Origin: Minisyncoccota bacterium
Lineage (GTDB): Bacteria; Patescibacteriota; Minisyncoccia; Phycocordibacterales; UBA1006
Direction: 5' to 3'
NCBI GenBank assembly: GCA_021734445.1
Contig: JAIPIY010000001.1
Coordinates: forward strand, 31,849 to 95,848
DNA length: 64,000 bases
In this document: positions 28,813-39,457 of the stretch, one piece after another
Layout: each line of letters begins with the position of its first letter
How positions within the stretch are numbered: the stretch's first letter is position 1
The notes under the pieces: generated by a model
What the model was told of the DNA's origin: nothing
What the model saw: the letters and a program-made list of their open reading frames with translations, nothing else
Databases searched by the model: none
Made by a program: the position numbers and the translations under genes

Positions 28813-29511
28813 TTATGCTTCTACTTTTTTAGCTCGTGGTGATCGCGACCGAAAATCACCTGGTTTTGAAGTTCTATTTGGCTTTTCTGCTACTTTTTCT
28901 TCTTTTGCAATTACAGAAACAGTTCCTGGTAATTTTTTAAATGCAAGAATAGTAGCTTGTGCGTTATTTAACATGTTTTTACTTCCAGAGAATACTTTTG
29001 CAGTAATATCTTTTAGTCCAGCCATTTCAACCAACATACGAACAGAACTTCCTGCTACTGTACCACGTCCATAGTTAGGCATCAAAGTAACCCGAGAGCT
29101 ACAGAATTTTGCTTCGACATGGTGTGCAATAGATCCTTCTTTTGTAATGGGAACAGTAATCATATTTTTCTTTGCATCTCGAAAAGCTTTTTGCATCGCT
29201 AATGCAGTATCAGAAGCTTTTCCTAGTCCAACCCCAATAGATCCTTTTTTGTTTCCAATAATCATCGCAACACTAAAAGAGAATCGTCGTCCTCCTGCCA
29301 TAACACGAGTTACACGACGAATAGAGATTGCCTTTTGTTCAAATTCTGGTTTTTCTCGTTCTCGAAAACCACCATCACGACGGTCTCTGTTTCCCGCTCC
29401 TGCACCTGGACGGAAATTTCTTTTTCCACGCATCGGTGACTGAGTGATACCAACATCCTGAGTTCCTGCTGTTGGAGTATTTATTGTTTTGTTTTCTTCT
29501 ATTTCAGACAT
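28813..29511 (-). CDS. rpsE: 30S ribosomal protein S5 with long N- and C-terminal extensions
   Basis: RRVTRVMAGGRRFSF, GVGLGKA, AG..VR..AG..DI. Confidence 0.97.
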   Translation of the reverse strand: MSEIEENKTINTPTAGTQDVGITQSPMRGKRNFRPGAGAGNRDRRDGGFREREKPEFEQKAISIRRVTRVMAGGRRFSFSVAMIIGNKKGSIGVGLGKASDTALAMQKAFRDAKKNMITVPITKEGSIAHHVEAKFCSSRVTLMPNYGRGTVAGSSVRMLVEMAGLKDITAKVFSGSKNMLNNAQATILAFKKLPGTVSVIAKEEKVAEKPNRTSKPGDFRSRSPRAKKVEA

Positions 29512-29529
29512 ATGTAAATTACACTTAAA

Positions 29530-29880
29530 TTAAAATTGCAAACCAGCTTGTCTTGCAGAATCTGCTAATGCTTGAATACGACCAATGTACATAAATCCAC
29601 CACGGTCAAAGACAACTTTTGCAATACCGGCTTTGATACCCATTTCTGCAATAGCTTTTCCAACACGTTCTGCTCGTTCTTTTTTTGTTCCTGCTGTTTC
29701 TTTTACATCATTTGCCGAAGCCAATGTTACTGCATTTTCATCATCAATAAGCTGAGCGTAGATATATTGATTTGAACGGAATACAGAAAGTCGAGGCAAA
29801 GAAGCCGTTCCCGAAACCTTTGCTCGGATTCTTTTGTGTCGATGTACTCGTTTTTCTTGTTTTGTTTGTTTTGTGTTCAT
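29530..29880 (-). CDS. rplR: 50S ribosomal protein L18
   Basis: [27 protein letters not shown]. Confidence 0.97.
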   Translation of the reverse strand: MNTKQTKQEKRVHRHKRIRAKVSGTASLPRLSVFRSNQYIYAQLIDDENAVTLASANDVKETAGTKKERAERVGKAIAEMGIKAGIAKVVFDRGGFMYIGRIQALADSARQAGLQF

Positions 29881-29899
29881 ATATTTTATCTACAAAAAA

Positions 29900-30433
29900 C
29901 TATACCGACTTCTTACCTTGTTTTCGTAATATAACTTCGTCGCTGTATCGGAATCCTTTTCCTTTGTATGGTTCTGGTTTCTTTAACCCACGTACCATAG
30001 CAGAAAAACTTCCCACAGATTCTTTATCAATACCTACAACAGTAATGTTATTTTTTTCTGCAGTTACTGTCAATCCCGCTGGGATAGGAACAACCACAGG
30101 ATGAGAAAATCCAAGGGCAAGTTTCAGATCTGTACCTGCAACTTCTGATTTGAATCCTACTCCTTCGAGTATTAATTTCTTTTGATAGGGCGTATTTACA
30201 CCAGCAATCATGTTTTTTACATGAGATGCATAGGTTCCCACAAGAGCTCGTGCGAATACACTTTTTTTATTCTGAGTTACTGCTATGGTGTTGTTTTCAA
30301 CCACCAAAGAGATTTCGTCTCGGAAGAAACGAGAAAGTTTTCCATGAGGACCAGAAACAGTCAATACACCGTTTTCAAAAGTAACGTCTGTTTTTGATGG
30401 TATTTCTATTGGTTGTTTTGCAATTCTTGACAT
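29900..30433 (-). CDS. rplF: 50S ribosomal protein L6
   Basis: MSRIAK.P, LGFSHP, PEPYKGKG. Confidence 0.97.
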   Translation of the reverse strand: MSRIAKQPIEIPSKTDVTFENGVLTVSGPHGKLSRFFRDEISLVVENNTIAVTQNKKSVFARALVGTYASHVKNMIAGVNTPYQKKLILEGVGFKSEVAGTDLKLALGFSHPVVVPIPAGLTVTAEKNNITVVGIDKESVGSFSAMVRGLKKPEPYKGKGFRYSDEVILRKQGKKSV

Positions 30434-30443
30434 ACGTTATTTC

Positions 30444-30833
30444 TTACCACATTTCGAATAAAATTTCTCCTCCGACCATTTCTTTTTTCGCTTCTTTTCC
30501 AGCAAGAATTCCTTTTGGTGTTGAAAGCATCAAAATTCCATACCCTTGCTTTACAGAATAAATATCATGCACCCCAGCGTATACACGTCGAGATGGTTTT
30601 GATACACGTTTTGCACCTTGAATTTTTGCGTTCCCTTCTGCATCGTATGCCAATTCGATTTCGATTTCAGTACCTACTTTCTTGTTTTTACGAGCATATG
30701 ATTTAATGTACCCTTTTTGGAACAAAGCTTGTGCAATAGCAAAGCGAAGATTTGATCCAGGTACGACTACGATGTCTTTTTTAACGCGAGATGCGTTCAA
30801 CAGAGATGTAATCATGTTTCCAGTAGTATCCAT
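30444..30833 (-). CDS. rpsH: 30S ribosomal protein S8
   Basis: Start MDTTGNM; RVSKPSRRVY, LSTPKGIL, VGGEILFEMW. Confidence 0.96.
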   Translation of the reverse strand: MDTTGNMITSLLNASRVKKDIVVVPGSNLRFAIAQALFQKGYIKSYARKNKKVGTEIEIELAYDAEGNAKIQGAKRVSKPSRRVYAGVHDIYSVKQGYGILMLSTPKGILAGKEAKKEMVGGEILFEMW

Positions 30834-30858
30834 ACAACAATATATTAATAAATAAAAA

Positions 30859-31128
30859 TTACCAAGATGATTTGCGAACGCCAGGGATCTTACCTTCGTT
30901 TGCAAGTTCACGAAATTCTATACGATCGATTCCAAAATCTCGCATATATCCTTTTGCTCGACCACTGAGGAAACTTCGGTTTTTAATACGGGTCGGAGAT
31001 GAGTTTTTTGGTAATTTTTGCAAACCAAAAACATCACCCTTTGCCTTGAGTTCTTCACGCTTTACTGCAAATTTTGCAACAAGCTTCTTGCGCTTTTCAT
31101 TTCGCGCTATTACTGATTTTTTTGCCAT
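30859..31128 (-). CDS. rpsN: 30S ribosomal protein S14, 89-aa zinc-free (C-) form
   Basis: [31 protein letters not shown]; no Cys. Confidence 0.96.
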   Translation of the reverse strand: MAKKSVIARNEKRKKLVAKFAVKREELKAKGDVFGLQKLPKNSSPTRIKNRSFLSGRAKGYMRDFGIDRIEFRELANEGKIPGVRKSSW

Positions 31129-31237
31129 AATATATATACGGTCTTTTCATGCGCAATATCGCGTGGTTTTTCTTGTAATTTCATAAAAAAACAACAAGAA
31201 AGAACACGGATTAAACGTATGTATCTGACCAGAAATG

Positions 31238-31265
31238 AGTATATCATATAGGGATTAAATGTCAA
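31238..31265 (-). promoter_or_regulatory. Promoter for the rpsN-secY block
   Basis: Minus strand TTGACA..TGATATACT about 110 nt upstream of rpsN. Confidence 0.65.
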
Positions 31266-31348
31266 CGATTTGGTTGGCGTTGTATAAAAAATACCCCGCA
31301 ATTCAATCAAAAAGATTAAACTACGGGGGGGGTAATCAAATACTGTGC

Positions 31349-31873
31349 TTACTCAAAAATTTTATTCTCATCTGACAAGAACTGGTAATTAGTGCTTCTT
31401 TTACCAAGAAAAAACCAACCCGCCAATCCCCATAAACCAGTTGAAGCCGAGTAAAAACAAAAAATATAGAACACGCTTCGGTTCTTGAGTCGAAATCTAC
31501 CAATAAAATTTCCATTTCCGTCATCAAGAAGATTATGAGATATTCCGTTGGTCTGATTCTGTATTTCCAGTTTAAGGAAATTTAACCTTTTGCGGGCCTC
31601 TATACAACCGGCACGAGTAGTAAGATCAATAAGCTTCTTATCTACAGCCGGCACAAAACCTCCAATACTATTTTCGCTTATGATATTTTTATGCCAAAAA
31701 TAAGTAGCCTTTTCTTCTGGTGAGTTCTTATTTCCCAAAAAGGCGTCATTGAGAAATCTATAACCCTCGAAATAATCGATGTTCATTTTTGGATGTTCAA
31801 AAAAGAAATCTCTCAACTGTGAACATGGAAGATGCAAGGTTATTTCTTTTATACTAGGAGTTAAACTTTTCAT
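31349..31873 (-). CDS. Hypothetical protein
   Basis: 174-aa ORF with upstream TTGACT; no recognised family. Confidence 0.6.
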   Translation of the reverse strand: MKSLTPSIKEITLHLPCSQLRDFFFEHPKMNIDYFEGYRFLNDAFLGNKNSPEEKATYFWHKNIISENSIGGFVPAVDKKLIDLTTRAGCIEARKRLNFLKLEIQNQTNGISHNLLDDGNGNFIGRFRLKNRSVFYIFCFYSASTGLWGLAGWFFLGKRSTNYQFLSDENKIFE

Positions 31874-32037
31874 GATTTTAGGTTTTTAAAAGGGCTTTCC
31901 ACCCTTTTTGTGAGAAAATAGGTGGATTGATCTGAACACAATATGTCATAGGTCAGATATAAAGTCAATCAATATGCTTAAACCTGGACTTGAATTACTT
32001 TTTATAGTATTGTTACATAAACTATAAACATAACGCC

Positions 32038-32226
32038 ATGTGTTTCTTTGTAAAGTTCTTCCAAACAAAAGACGAACGTCAACCGAATAAGAAAACTTCG
32101 TACGGGGGCGGAATAATCATGCCCCAACCTTGTACATGCAAAAAGTATCAACCCATTTCAACATCGGGTTTTATAGATCTACGATGTAAAAACTGCGGAA
32201 GGAAAAAATCAGAACCTATGTTTTGA
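32038..32226 (+). CDS. Putative small Cys-rich (CxC..CxxC) protein
   Basis: PCTCKK..RCKNCGR; hairpin plus T-run downstream; start 32038 or 32119. Confidence 0.4.
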   Translation: MCFFVKFFQTKDERQPNKKTSYGGGIIMPQPCTCKKYQPISTSGFIDLRCKNCGRKKSEPMF

Positions 32227-32318
32227 ATTACTCTCATTCACCCAACAGCCACCCTATCAACCAGGGTAGCGTTTTTTATAAAAAATTTATTATTAAGATA
32301 AACTACAAAAACTCTTTG

Positions 32319-32885
32319 TTATTTATTCCAATCAACACCCTTCAAAAACTCTTCTATTTTTTCATGCAATGCATCCAATGTGCCATCATTCTGTATTACC
32401 ACATCAGCCAGTCTGATACATGCGGACAAATTTTGTCGCCCCGGATCAATGGATTGCATTTCTTTTTCTTCGTCGGCAATAAATTCTTCCATGGTCACAC
32501 CATCTGTGCTGGACCCCCGAGAAACAATTCGTTTGTAACGAATCTGTCTGTCGGCATCTACTGCAACAATACTGCAATGATCAGTATTTCGTAATAATGC
32601 TATTTCGGCAACAGTTCGTAACGATTCAAAAATAACCAGTTCATCCCCCTGGGTCATTGCCTGTTTGTATAGCTGTTCAATAATATATGCGGGACCATAT
32701 TGTTTTCGAAATTCATTTGCAACTAATGACATATTTTCACGAACTGGTTCTAATCCACGTCGTGTTATTTCTTGTAACAAAAAATCACGCACAGAATAAT
32801 GTCGTGCGTTATATTGGGCAACTAAATAATCTACTACAGCACCCTTGCCTGCACCGACGGTTCCGGTTAATCCAATAATATACAT
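32319..32885 (-). CDS. P-loop nucleotide kinase, dephospho-CoA kinase-like (UPF0200-type)
   Basis: IGLTGTVGAGKG, ESLR..AE, R..SRG, ADVVIQNDG. Confidence 0.8.
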   Translation of the reverse strand: MYIIGLTGTVGAGKGAVVDYLVAQYNARHYSVRDFLLQEITRRGLEPVRENMSLVANEFRKQYGPAYIIEQLYKQAMTQGDELVIFESLRTVAEIALLRNTDHCSIVAVDADRQIRYKRIVSRGSSTDGVTMEEFIADEEKEMQSIDPGRQNLSACIRLADVVIQNDGTLDALHEKIEEFLKGVDWNK

Positions 32886-32930
32886 AAACTGCAGTATATC
32901 GCAGATTGAGATTCTTGTGCACCTGTAAAT

Positions 32931-33368
32931 CTATAAATGGTGTTGTATAATATCGAGAGATTTGTTATACAATGCATATGATTCTGTATACGTCAGTGTT
33001 TTTGCAACATCTGCCAAACTGCACCACCATGCACGCACAACGTCCGGTAATTCTGGTTGCAGCTCTGTGTCATGCATAGGTGCAGATCCTATCCAAAAGA
33101 GAACTTCTTTTTCATATTTTATACCATCTGTTTTAAAACTATACCGTTCTACCAATGGTTCGGCATCAACCAAAACCACATCAGTAATTCCTGTTTCTTC
33201 TTTTACTTCACGTCTCATGGCGATTATGGTGTCTTCATCCCCTTCTTTGTGTCCTTTAGGAAAAGCAATATGCCCACTGGCATGGTGCACCAAAACAACA
33301 TGGGTAGGATTTTGTATATCATTAAATATAATACATCCGTATGCGTAATCTTTTTTATTTTGATGCAT
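32931..33368 (-). CDS. NUDIX hydrolase (Ap4A hydrolase-like)
   Basis: FPKGHKEGDE..AMRREVKEETGI Nudix box. Confidence 0.88.
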   Translation of the reverse strand: MHQNKKDYAYGCIIFNDIQNPTHVVLVHHASGHIAFPKGHKEGDEDTIIAMRREVKEETGITDVVLVDAEPLVERYSFKTDGIKYEKEVLFWIGSAPMHDTELQPELPDVVRAWWCSLADVAKTLTYTESYALYNKSLDIIQHHL

Positions 33369-34659
33369 AGACAAGATCTGGCACCAACGAGATAATATCA
33401 CCTGCCCCTGTTAAACAAACTACGTAATCATGATTAAAATTATTTTTAATTTCTGGAACCAAAGATTCCAACGAATCAAATGCTGTTGCCGAAACACCGC
33501 GTTCACGCAATGTATTCGCCAAAGGTTCTGAAGAGACATTTTGATTATCTGATTCACGGGCAACATAAATCGGAGCCAACAGAATTTCATCTGCCCGCGC
33601 CAAACTGTCCACAAATGCATCAAACAAAGATTCGGTACGACTGATCAAATGGGGTTGGAATACTAAAACTATTTTTTTATCTGGATATTGTTCACGAAAT
33701 GCATCTATTAATGCAGAAACTTTTTGTGGATTATGTGCATAGTCATCATACAGTAGCGCACCTTTTTCCGTTGTGCCATGCAATTGAAAACGTCTTTGTG
33801 TACCACCAAACTGCAACAATGATGTTCGTACCTGTGTATCTGATACACCAACATGTCGTGCCATAGCATATGCCAAACGTGCATTTGATCGGTTGTGTTC
33901 ACCAGGTAACGATGTTTGAATATCTGTGTGCAATGTGTAATCAATTATTGGAAGAGATGTGTTTTGAATCACAGGTACAATATGGGCATCAGTGGGATTG
34001 GTAATAACACAACCATCTTGTTGTGTCTGAGAAACCAATGATTGAAAAGCGTTTTGAATATCCGCTAAATCTTTGTAGTAATCCAAATGATCTGCATCAA
34101 TATTATTAATTCCCAAACACCATGGATGATATTGTAAAAATGCGCGACGATATTCGTCTGCTTCAATAACTACATGTTCACTGTTCCCCACACGAACATT
34201 TGATCCAATATCTGCCATGACTGATCCTACAATAATAGTCGGATCCAAGCCAGCATCAACAAGAATTTTTCCCAGCATAGCAGTCGTGGTGGTTTTTCCA
34301 TGCGTTCCCGAAACTGCCAGTATTTTTTTTGTATCAAATAGAATTCCCAATGTTTCTGGATAAGAAATTACTGAAGGAAAAGCATCCTGTAATTTTTGTA
34401 ACAATTCTGGCTCAGCAACAGCCAACGCCTGTGAATAGATAATACAATCTGTATCAGCAGGAACCGATGCAAATGATTGACCAATGGTAACCGAAATGCC
34501 TTCGTTTTGTAATTCATGTACTGTTTCACTGTCTGATCTGTCACACCCCGAAACATCTTTTCCCTGCATGTGAAACAACCTGGCAATAGCAGAAACACCA
34601 CTGCCACCAATGCCAAAGAAGAATATTTTTTGAGTTTTTTCGAGGTTAATGTTATTCAT
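33355..34659 (-). CDS. murC: UDP-N-acetylmuramate--L-alanine ligase
   Basis: GIGGSGVS, GTHGKTTT, EADE, DHLD, DDYAHNP, FQPH, GAGDI. Confidence 0.95.
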   Translation of the reverse strand: MNNINLEKTQKIFFFGIGGSGVSAIARLFHMQGKDVSGCDRSDSETVHELQNEGISVTIGQSFASVPADTDCIIYSQALAVAEPELLQKLQDAFPSVISYPETLGILFDTKKILAVSGTHGKTTTTAMLGKILVDAGLDPTIIVGSVMADIGSNVRVGNSEHVVIEADEYRRAFLQYHPWCLGINNIDADHLDYYKDLADIQNAFQSLVSQTQQDGCVITNPTDAHIVPVIQNTSLPIIDYTLHTDIQTSLPGEHNRSNARLAYAMARHVGVSDTQVRTSLLQFGGTQRRFQLHGTTEKGALLYDDYAHNPQKVSALIDAFREQYPDKKIVLVFQPHLISRTESLFDAFVDSLARADEILLAPIYVARESDNQNVSSEPLANTLRERGVSATAFDSLESLVPEIKNNFNHDYVVCLTGAGDIISLVPDLVYASK

Positions 34660-34660
34660 A

Positions 34661-35446
34661 TTATCTTAATTTTTTAATCCATGCATCCAAAATATTCCCA
34701 AGCTCTGCTAAATGCTCGGGTGTTCGAAACGTATGCGGTGCACCTTTAATAATGTGAAACTCTCTCTCTGTCAATTCTGGTAGTGCATCGTGAAATATCT
34801 TTTGATGATCAGATGGACAAGGCCCATCATTTTCTCCAACCACAAATAAAACAGGCATGGTCAAATTTAATACTTTTAGATATAGATTATGAGCCAATCT
34901 TTCTTTCATATGAGACCAAGGTAGTTTCATTTCTATTCCTGGTTTAGAATTACTTGTACGGTAAGTCCAACCAGTTTCTTCCCAATTTTTCAATTTTTCA
35001 GACTCAAATCTTTCTGTGGCTTCAAAACTCTGTTCTCCTGAATATACGGCGGCAAACGGAAAGACTGCCTTTATTTTATCAGGATATTCTTCTGCATATT
35101 TTGCAACCGCAAAGCCTCCCAAACTATGACCCGCCAAAATAAACGGTTCTTGATACCAATTCTGGGTCTTTGTCCATTCAACCACATCCACCAAATCTTC
35201 ATAATGCTTTTGCATTGTCGCATTCTCATATTTTCCTTCGCTCTCACCAATAGAATTAGTAGCGTCAAAATTCACAACAATATAATTATTATTTAAAAAA
35301 GTATTTGAAATAACTTGAATATGGTCTTGCTCTTTGAAACCACCTAAACCATGTAGAACAAAAGCAAGCCCAACTGGATTTTGTGGAATATGTAACAGCC
35401 CAACAATATTCAGTCCATATCTATTAGTAATAGTAAATTTTTCCAT
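34661..35446 (-). CDS. Alpha/beta hydrolase
   Basis: HGLGG, GHSLGG nucleophile elbow, VGEND, GAPH. Confidence 0.9.
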   Translation of the reverse strand: MEKFTITNRYGLNIVGLLHIPQNPVGLAFVLHGLGGFKEQDHIQVISNTFLNNNYIVVNFDATNSIGESEGKYENATMQKHYEDLVDVVEWTKTQNWYQEPFILAGHSLGGFAVAKYAEEYPDKIKAVFPFAAVYSGEQSFEATERFESEKLKNWEETGWTYRTSNSKPGIEMKLPWSHMKERLAHNLYLKVLNLTMPVLFVVGENDGPCPSDHQKIFHDALPELTEREFHIIKGAPHTFRTPEHLAELGNILDAWIKKLR

Positions 35447-35447
35447 A

Positions 35448-36785
35448 CTATTTCAGACTTTCTATCTCATGTATAAACTGATCATTTCTGTCATATTCAT
35501 TCTTGAAAATTCCAAACGAAGCAAATGCCGGAGAAAAAAGAATCACATCACCTGCTGTTGTTTTTTCAAATGCATTTGCAACAGCATTTTTCATAGAAGA
35601 AACAATTATATGAGGTACAGATAATGGATGTTTGTCTAAAAATTCTTTTGTACCTGTTCCATCTAAAAATACAACAAATTTACATTTTGATTCAATCTCT
35701 GTATGTAATTTTTTCATAGAAAGACCCTTGTCTGCACCACCAGCAATTAAAATAATATTTGCATGATCTACTGAAACATCCCCCACTGATCGTAATGCTA
35801 CTATGGTTGCATCGGCTGTTGTGGCATTGTTGTCATTATAGACTGGAATACCGTGAATTTCTTTGATGAATTCCAGTCGTCCTGCAACTGCGCGAAAAGA
35901 TTCTATTCCTTTTTTTTGATCTTCTATTGAAATACCCAAAGACTGCACAGCCAGCAATGCACATGCAATATTTTCTTTGTTATGTTCTCCTGGAATTGGT
36001 AGAACAAAATTTTCTGGCACACAAGAAGCGTGTGCAACATGTACCGTGCTTTGAATATTGACAACATCACGAACAAAAGATTCTGCCTGGGGGCCAACAA
36101 TGAGAATATCATCTTTTTTCTGGTGTCGAAAAATATGTGATTTGTCATAAAAATACAAATCTCGTGAACCACCATAATAATTTAGATGATCATCAAGAAA
36201 CGTAGTGAACACAGAAACATGCGGAGAAATACGAGATTCACCAAAACCCTGTAACTGCCATGATGATAATTCCATAACTACATAATCACCTTTTTTAATT
36301 TTTGAAAGTAATGGCAATGTTGCAATCCCACGGATATTCCCTGCCAGATGAGATCTTTTTCCGCATAATTCTAAAATATGGTGGATTAATGTTGCAACAG
36401 TTGTTTTTCCACGTGTCCCCGTAACACCAATAATGGTGACATCCTGGGCCAATTTTGCAAACAATGATTCGTCCATCTCAATGGGAATATCATTATCCCG
36501 TGCGTGTTCAATAAACAAAGAATCCAATGCAACCCCTGCCCCCTTTAAAATAAAATCTCGATCTTGAAAATCTTCTAATTCATGATGACCCAAACGATAG
36601 GTAATATTTTTACATAAAGATAATTGATCTGATGATACAGCCAGTTCTTCTTTGGTTTTTATATCAGTCACAATCAATTCTGCGCAATGTTCAGAAAGAA
36701 ACAGCGCATCACCAACCCCACGACCCAATAACCCGAGACCCATTTGAGTAACCTTTTTATCTTTAAAAAACTCTTTCCATTTCAT
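35448..36785 (-). CDS. murD: UDP-N-acetylmuramoyl-L-alanine--D-glutamate ligase
   Basis: MGLGLLGRG, GTRGKTT, ELSSWQL, DHLNY, ND..AT, SPAFASF. Confidence 0.95.
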   Translation of the reverse strand: MKWKEFFKDKKVTQMGLGLLGRGVGDALFLSEHCAELIVTDIKTKEELAVSSDQLSLCKNITYRLGHHELEDFQDRDFILKGAGVALDSLFIEHARDNDIPIEMDESLFAKLAQDVTIIGVTGTRGKTTVATLIHHILELCGKRSHLAGNIRGIATLPLLSKIKKGDYVVMELSSWQLQGFGESRISPHVSVFTTFLDDHLNYYGGSRDLYFYDKSHIFRHQKKDDILIVGPQAESFVRDVVNIQSTVHVAHASCVPENFVLPIPGEHNKENIACALLAVQSLGISIEDQKKGIESFRAVAGRLEFIKEIHGIPVYNDNNATTADATIVALRSVGDVSVDHANIILIAGGADKGLSMKKLHTEIESKCKFVVFLDGTGTKEFLDKHPLSVPHIIVSSMKNAVANAFEKTTAGDVILFSPAFASFGIFKNEYDRNDQFIHEIESLK

Positions 36786-36827
36786 ATAGGTAGTATATCA
36801 CAAATGATATACAGGGAAAAATAATGA

Positions 36828-38279
36828 TTATTTGTTATTCAAAAATTCTTCAATGATTTCCTTGTCATCAAAATGATGTTTTACGCCCTGTATATCTTGA
36901 TAGGTTTCATGACCTTTTCCTGCAACCAAGACAACATCATCAGATTTTGCACATTGTAATGCATACAAAATTGCTTCTTTTCTATCCAGAATAATTGTAG
37001 CTTTTTTAATATCATTATCAGAAACACCGGCATATATTTCTTCGGTAATACGAATAGGATCTTCAAACCTTGGGTTATCAGATGTGATAATGGTATGGTC
37101 TGACAATTGCGCACCAATACGACCCATCAGGGGTCTTTTCCCGCGGTCTCTATCTCCCCCACAACCCATCACACAAATGATTCTTCCCGCACCTTTTTTA
37201 AATCCATGAATTGTAGTTAAAATATTTTTCAAAGCATCTGGTGTGTGTGCATAATCTACAATTGCGGTTATATTATTTCCACCTGAAATAATTTCACATC
37301 TTCCACGTGCACCAGCAACACGACCTAATACGGAAATAATTTCCCCTTCATCAAAACCTAATTGTCGTAGACATCCAAAAACAGCCAAAAGATTATAGAT
37401 ATTAAAACTACCCACCAATGGTGTCGTGATAACCTTACCATCAATAATCACAGTACTACCAGAAACATCTGACGATCGTATTTGTGCTTGTAAATCTCCC
37501 GATTGTATACCATACGTAACAACGGATGATTTGGTACCAGATATCATAACCTGATAAGCTTCGTCATCCGCATTAACCAAAGAAAAGGATTTTTCATCTA
37601 ACATGGAAAATAGCATTTTTTTTGCATTTGCATAATGATCCATAGTTCCATGAAAATCCAAATGATCCTGGGTCAGATTGGTAAAAATTCCACCAGTAAA
37701 ATGTGTCCCCAAAACACGACCACGTATTAATGCGTGACTGGATACTTCCATAAATACATAGGTACATCCTGCATCACACATATCAGCAAACAAGGATTGC
37801 AATGTAATAGCGTCTGGAGTTGTATGCGTAGAAGGAATAATTTCTTTTCCTATACAATTATGCACTGTAGAAATCAAACCTGATTTTTTCCCTAATTCGG
37901 AAACTGCATGATATAACAATGTCGCAACGGTTGTTTTTCCATTGGTTCCTGTGACCCCAACTATGTTCATATTTTGTGATGGGTTACCAAAAAATGCACT
38001 GGCGACGTTCCCAACAATCTGTTCTGTGTTTTTCACATGTAGGTAGGTTACTGCACCGCTTCTTTCTTGTGGAATTTCTTCACAGACAATACAGATAGCA
38101 CCACGAGAAATTGCATCTTCGATATAGTCATGTCCATCATGTATGGACCCATGCACAGCAAAAAACATATCACCAGGGGTGATCTTTTTAGAATCCAGTT
38201 TCAATCCCGTGATATCAATAGATTCTGGACCAATAATGCCAAGCGCCCCTATATCTTTAATAAGCTGATCAAGTTTCAT
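36828..38279 (-). CDS. murE: UDP-MurNAc-dipeptide--diaminopimelate ligase
   Basis: GTNGKTT, HTTPD, MEVSSH, DYAHTPD, DNPR (mDAP specificity), AGKGHE. Confidence 0.96.
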   Translation of the reverse strand: MKLDQLIKDIGALGIIGPESIDITGLKLDSKKITPGDMFFAVHGSIHDGHDYIEDAISRGAICIVCEEIPQERSGAVTYLHVKNTEQIVGNVASAFFGNPSQNMNIVGVTGTNGKTTVATLLYHAVSELGKKSGLISTVHNCIGKEIIPSTHTTPDAITLQSLFADMCDAGCTYVFMEVSSHALIRGRVLGTHFTGGIFTNLTQDHLDFHGTMDHYANAKKMLFSMLDEKSFSLVNADDEAYQVMISGTKSSVVTYGIQSGDLQAQIRSSDVSGSTVIIDGKVITTPLVGSFNIYNLLAVFGCLRQLGFDEGEIISVLGRVAGARGRCEIISGGNNITAIVDYAHTPDALKNILTTIHGFKKGAGRIICVMGCGGDRDRGKRPLMGRIGAQLSDHTIITSDNPRFEDPIRITEEIYAGVSDNDIKKATIILDRKEAILYALQCAKSDDVVLVAGKGHETYQDIQGVKHHFDDKEIIEEFLNNK

Positions 38280-38311
38280 AAAAATAGTATACCATATCCT
38301 AAATACACGAT

Positions 38312-39457
38312 TTAAATAAAAATCCTTGGAATATTCATATTCACATGAATAGCAACACGTGTTGGGATTTCATAATTAATTGTATCTGCCCATGATGCAA
38401 ATTGTTCACTGGTAATTTCTCCATTACCCTGTTTTCCAAGGAGAACTATTTCATCTTCAAGCTTCACATCAGGAATGTCGGTTATGTCAATCACTATGTT
38501 ATTCATCGACACTCGCCCCAACAAAGGTGCCTGATGCCCATGCACCAGTACATATGATTTTCCTGATAATGACCGCGCATATCCATCAGAATATCCAATC
38601 GGAACCACCGCCATCGTAGTTGGCTTATCAGTCTGATAGGTACAACCATATCCAACAAATTTTCCTGCTGGAATTTTTTTTATCTGTGCAATACGCGCTT
38701 TCCAATTAAAAGCGGGTTGTAATTTAAAATCAGTATCCGGGAATTTTTTATGAAATGATGCTTTTAATATCTGAGAGGGCCACATACCATACAATGTGAC
38801 TCCAAATCGCACCATATCAAAATGTGATTCTGGAAATAATAATGCGGCCCCAGCTGCAGCGCAATGTTTTATTAAATTCGTGAATCCTTTTTCTTCTAGT
38901 ATTTGCACTGCGGTATTAAATTCACCCAATTGTTCTTCGTAATATTCGGGATGCGTAGTATCTTCGATATTGGCAAAATGCGTCGAGATGCCTTCGATAA
39001 TAATATTTTTGTATTGTAAAAGATAATCAATAAAATCAGGTAATTCGGAAATTAATACACCCTGACGATGAGTTCCTGTTTCAACTTTGATATGCACACG
39101 CACATCAGTATCTAATTTCCCCAATGCATCCAATGTTTCGTTATTATAAACAATCATTCGACAATCCAATTTTGGAATGCGTGGTATATCCACCAATGCA
39201 ATATATCCAATGATATATATTGGCGCTGTAATTCCTGCATCACGCAACACCTGTGCTTCTTCGATACTGTGTACAGCCAGCCAATCTGCCCCAGCATCAA
39301 GAAAAATCTTTGCACATGGCACAATACCGTGACCATAGGCATTTGCTTTTACCACGGCACATAGTTTTGTTTTTGGAGAAAGTATTTTTTTACAAGCTCT
39401 GGTATTGTGTACCAAAGCTTGTGTATCAATTTCTACCCAAGAAAGTTTTTCTGACAT
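38312..39457 (-). CDS. alr: Alanine racemase
   Basis: AVVKANAYGHG PLP Lys, HIKVETG, GYG..Y, IGYSDG, TINYE. Confidence 0.96.
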   Translation of the reverse strand: MSEKLSWVEIDTQALVHNTRACKKILSPKTKLCAVVKANAYGHGIVPCAKIFLDAGADWLAVHSIEEAQVLRDAGITAPIYIIGYIALVDIPRIPKLDCRMIVYNNETLDALGKLDTDVRVHIKVETGTHRQGVLISELPDFIDYLLQYKNIIIEGISTHFANIEDTTHPEYYEEQLGEFNTAVQILEEKGFTNLIKHCAAAGAALLFPESHFDMVRFGVTLYGMWPSQILKASFHKKFPDTDFKLQPAFNWKARIAQIKKIPAGKFVGYGCTYQTDKPTTMAVVPIGYSDGYARSLSGKSYVLVHGHQAPLLGRVSMNNIVIDITDIPDVKLEDEIVLLGKQGNGEITSEQFASWADTINYEIPTRVAIHVNMNIPRIFI

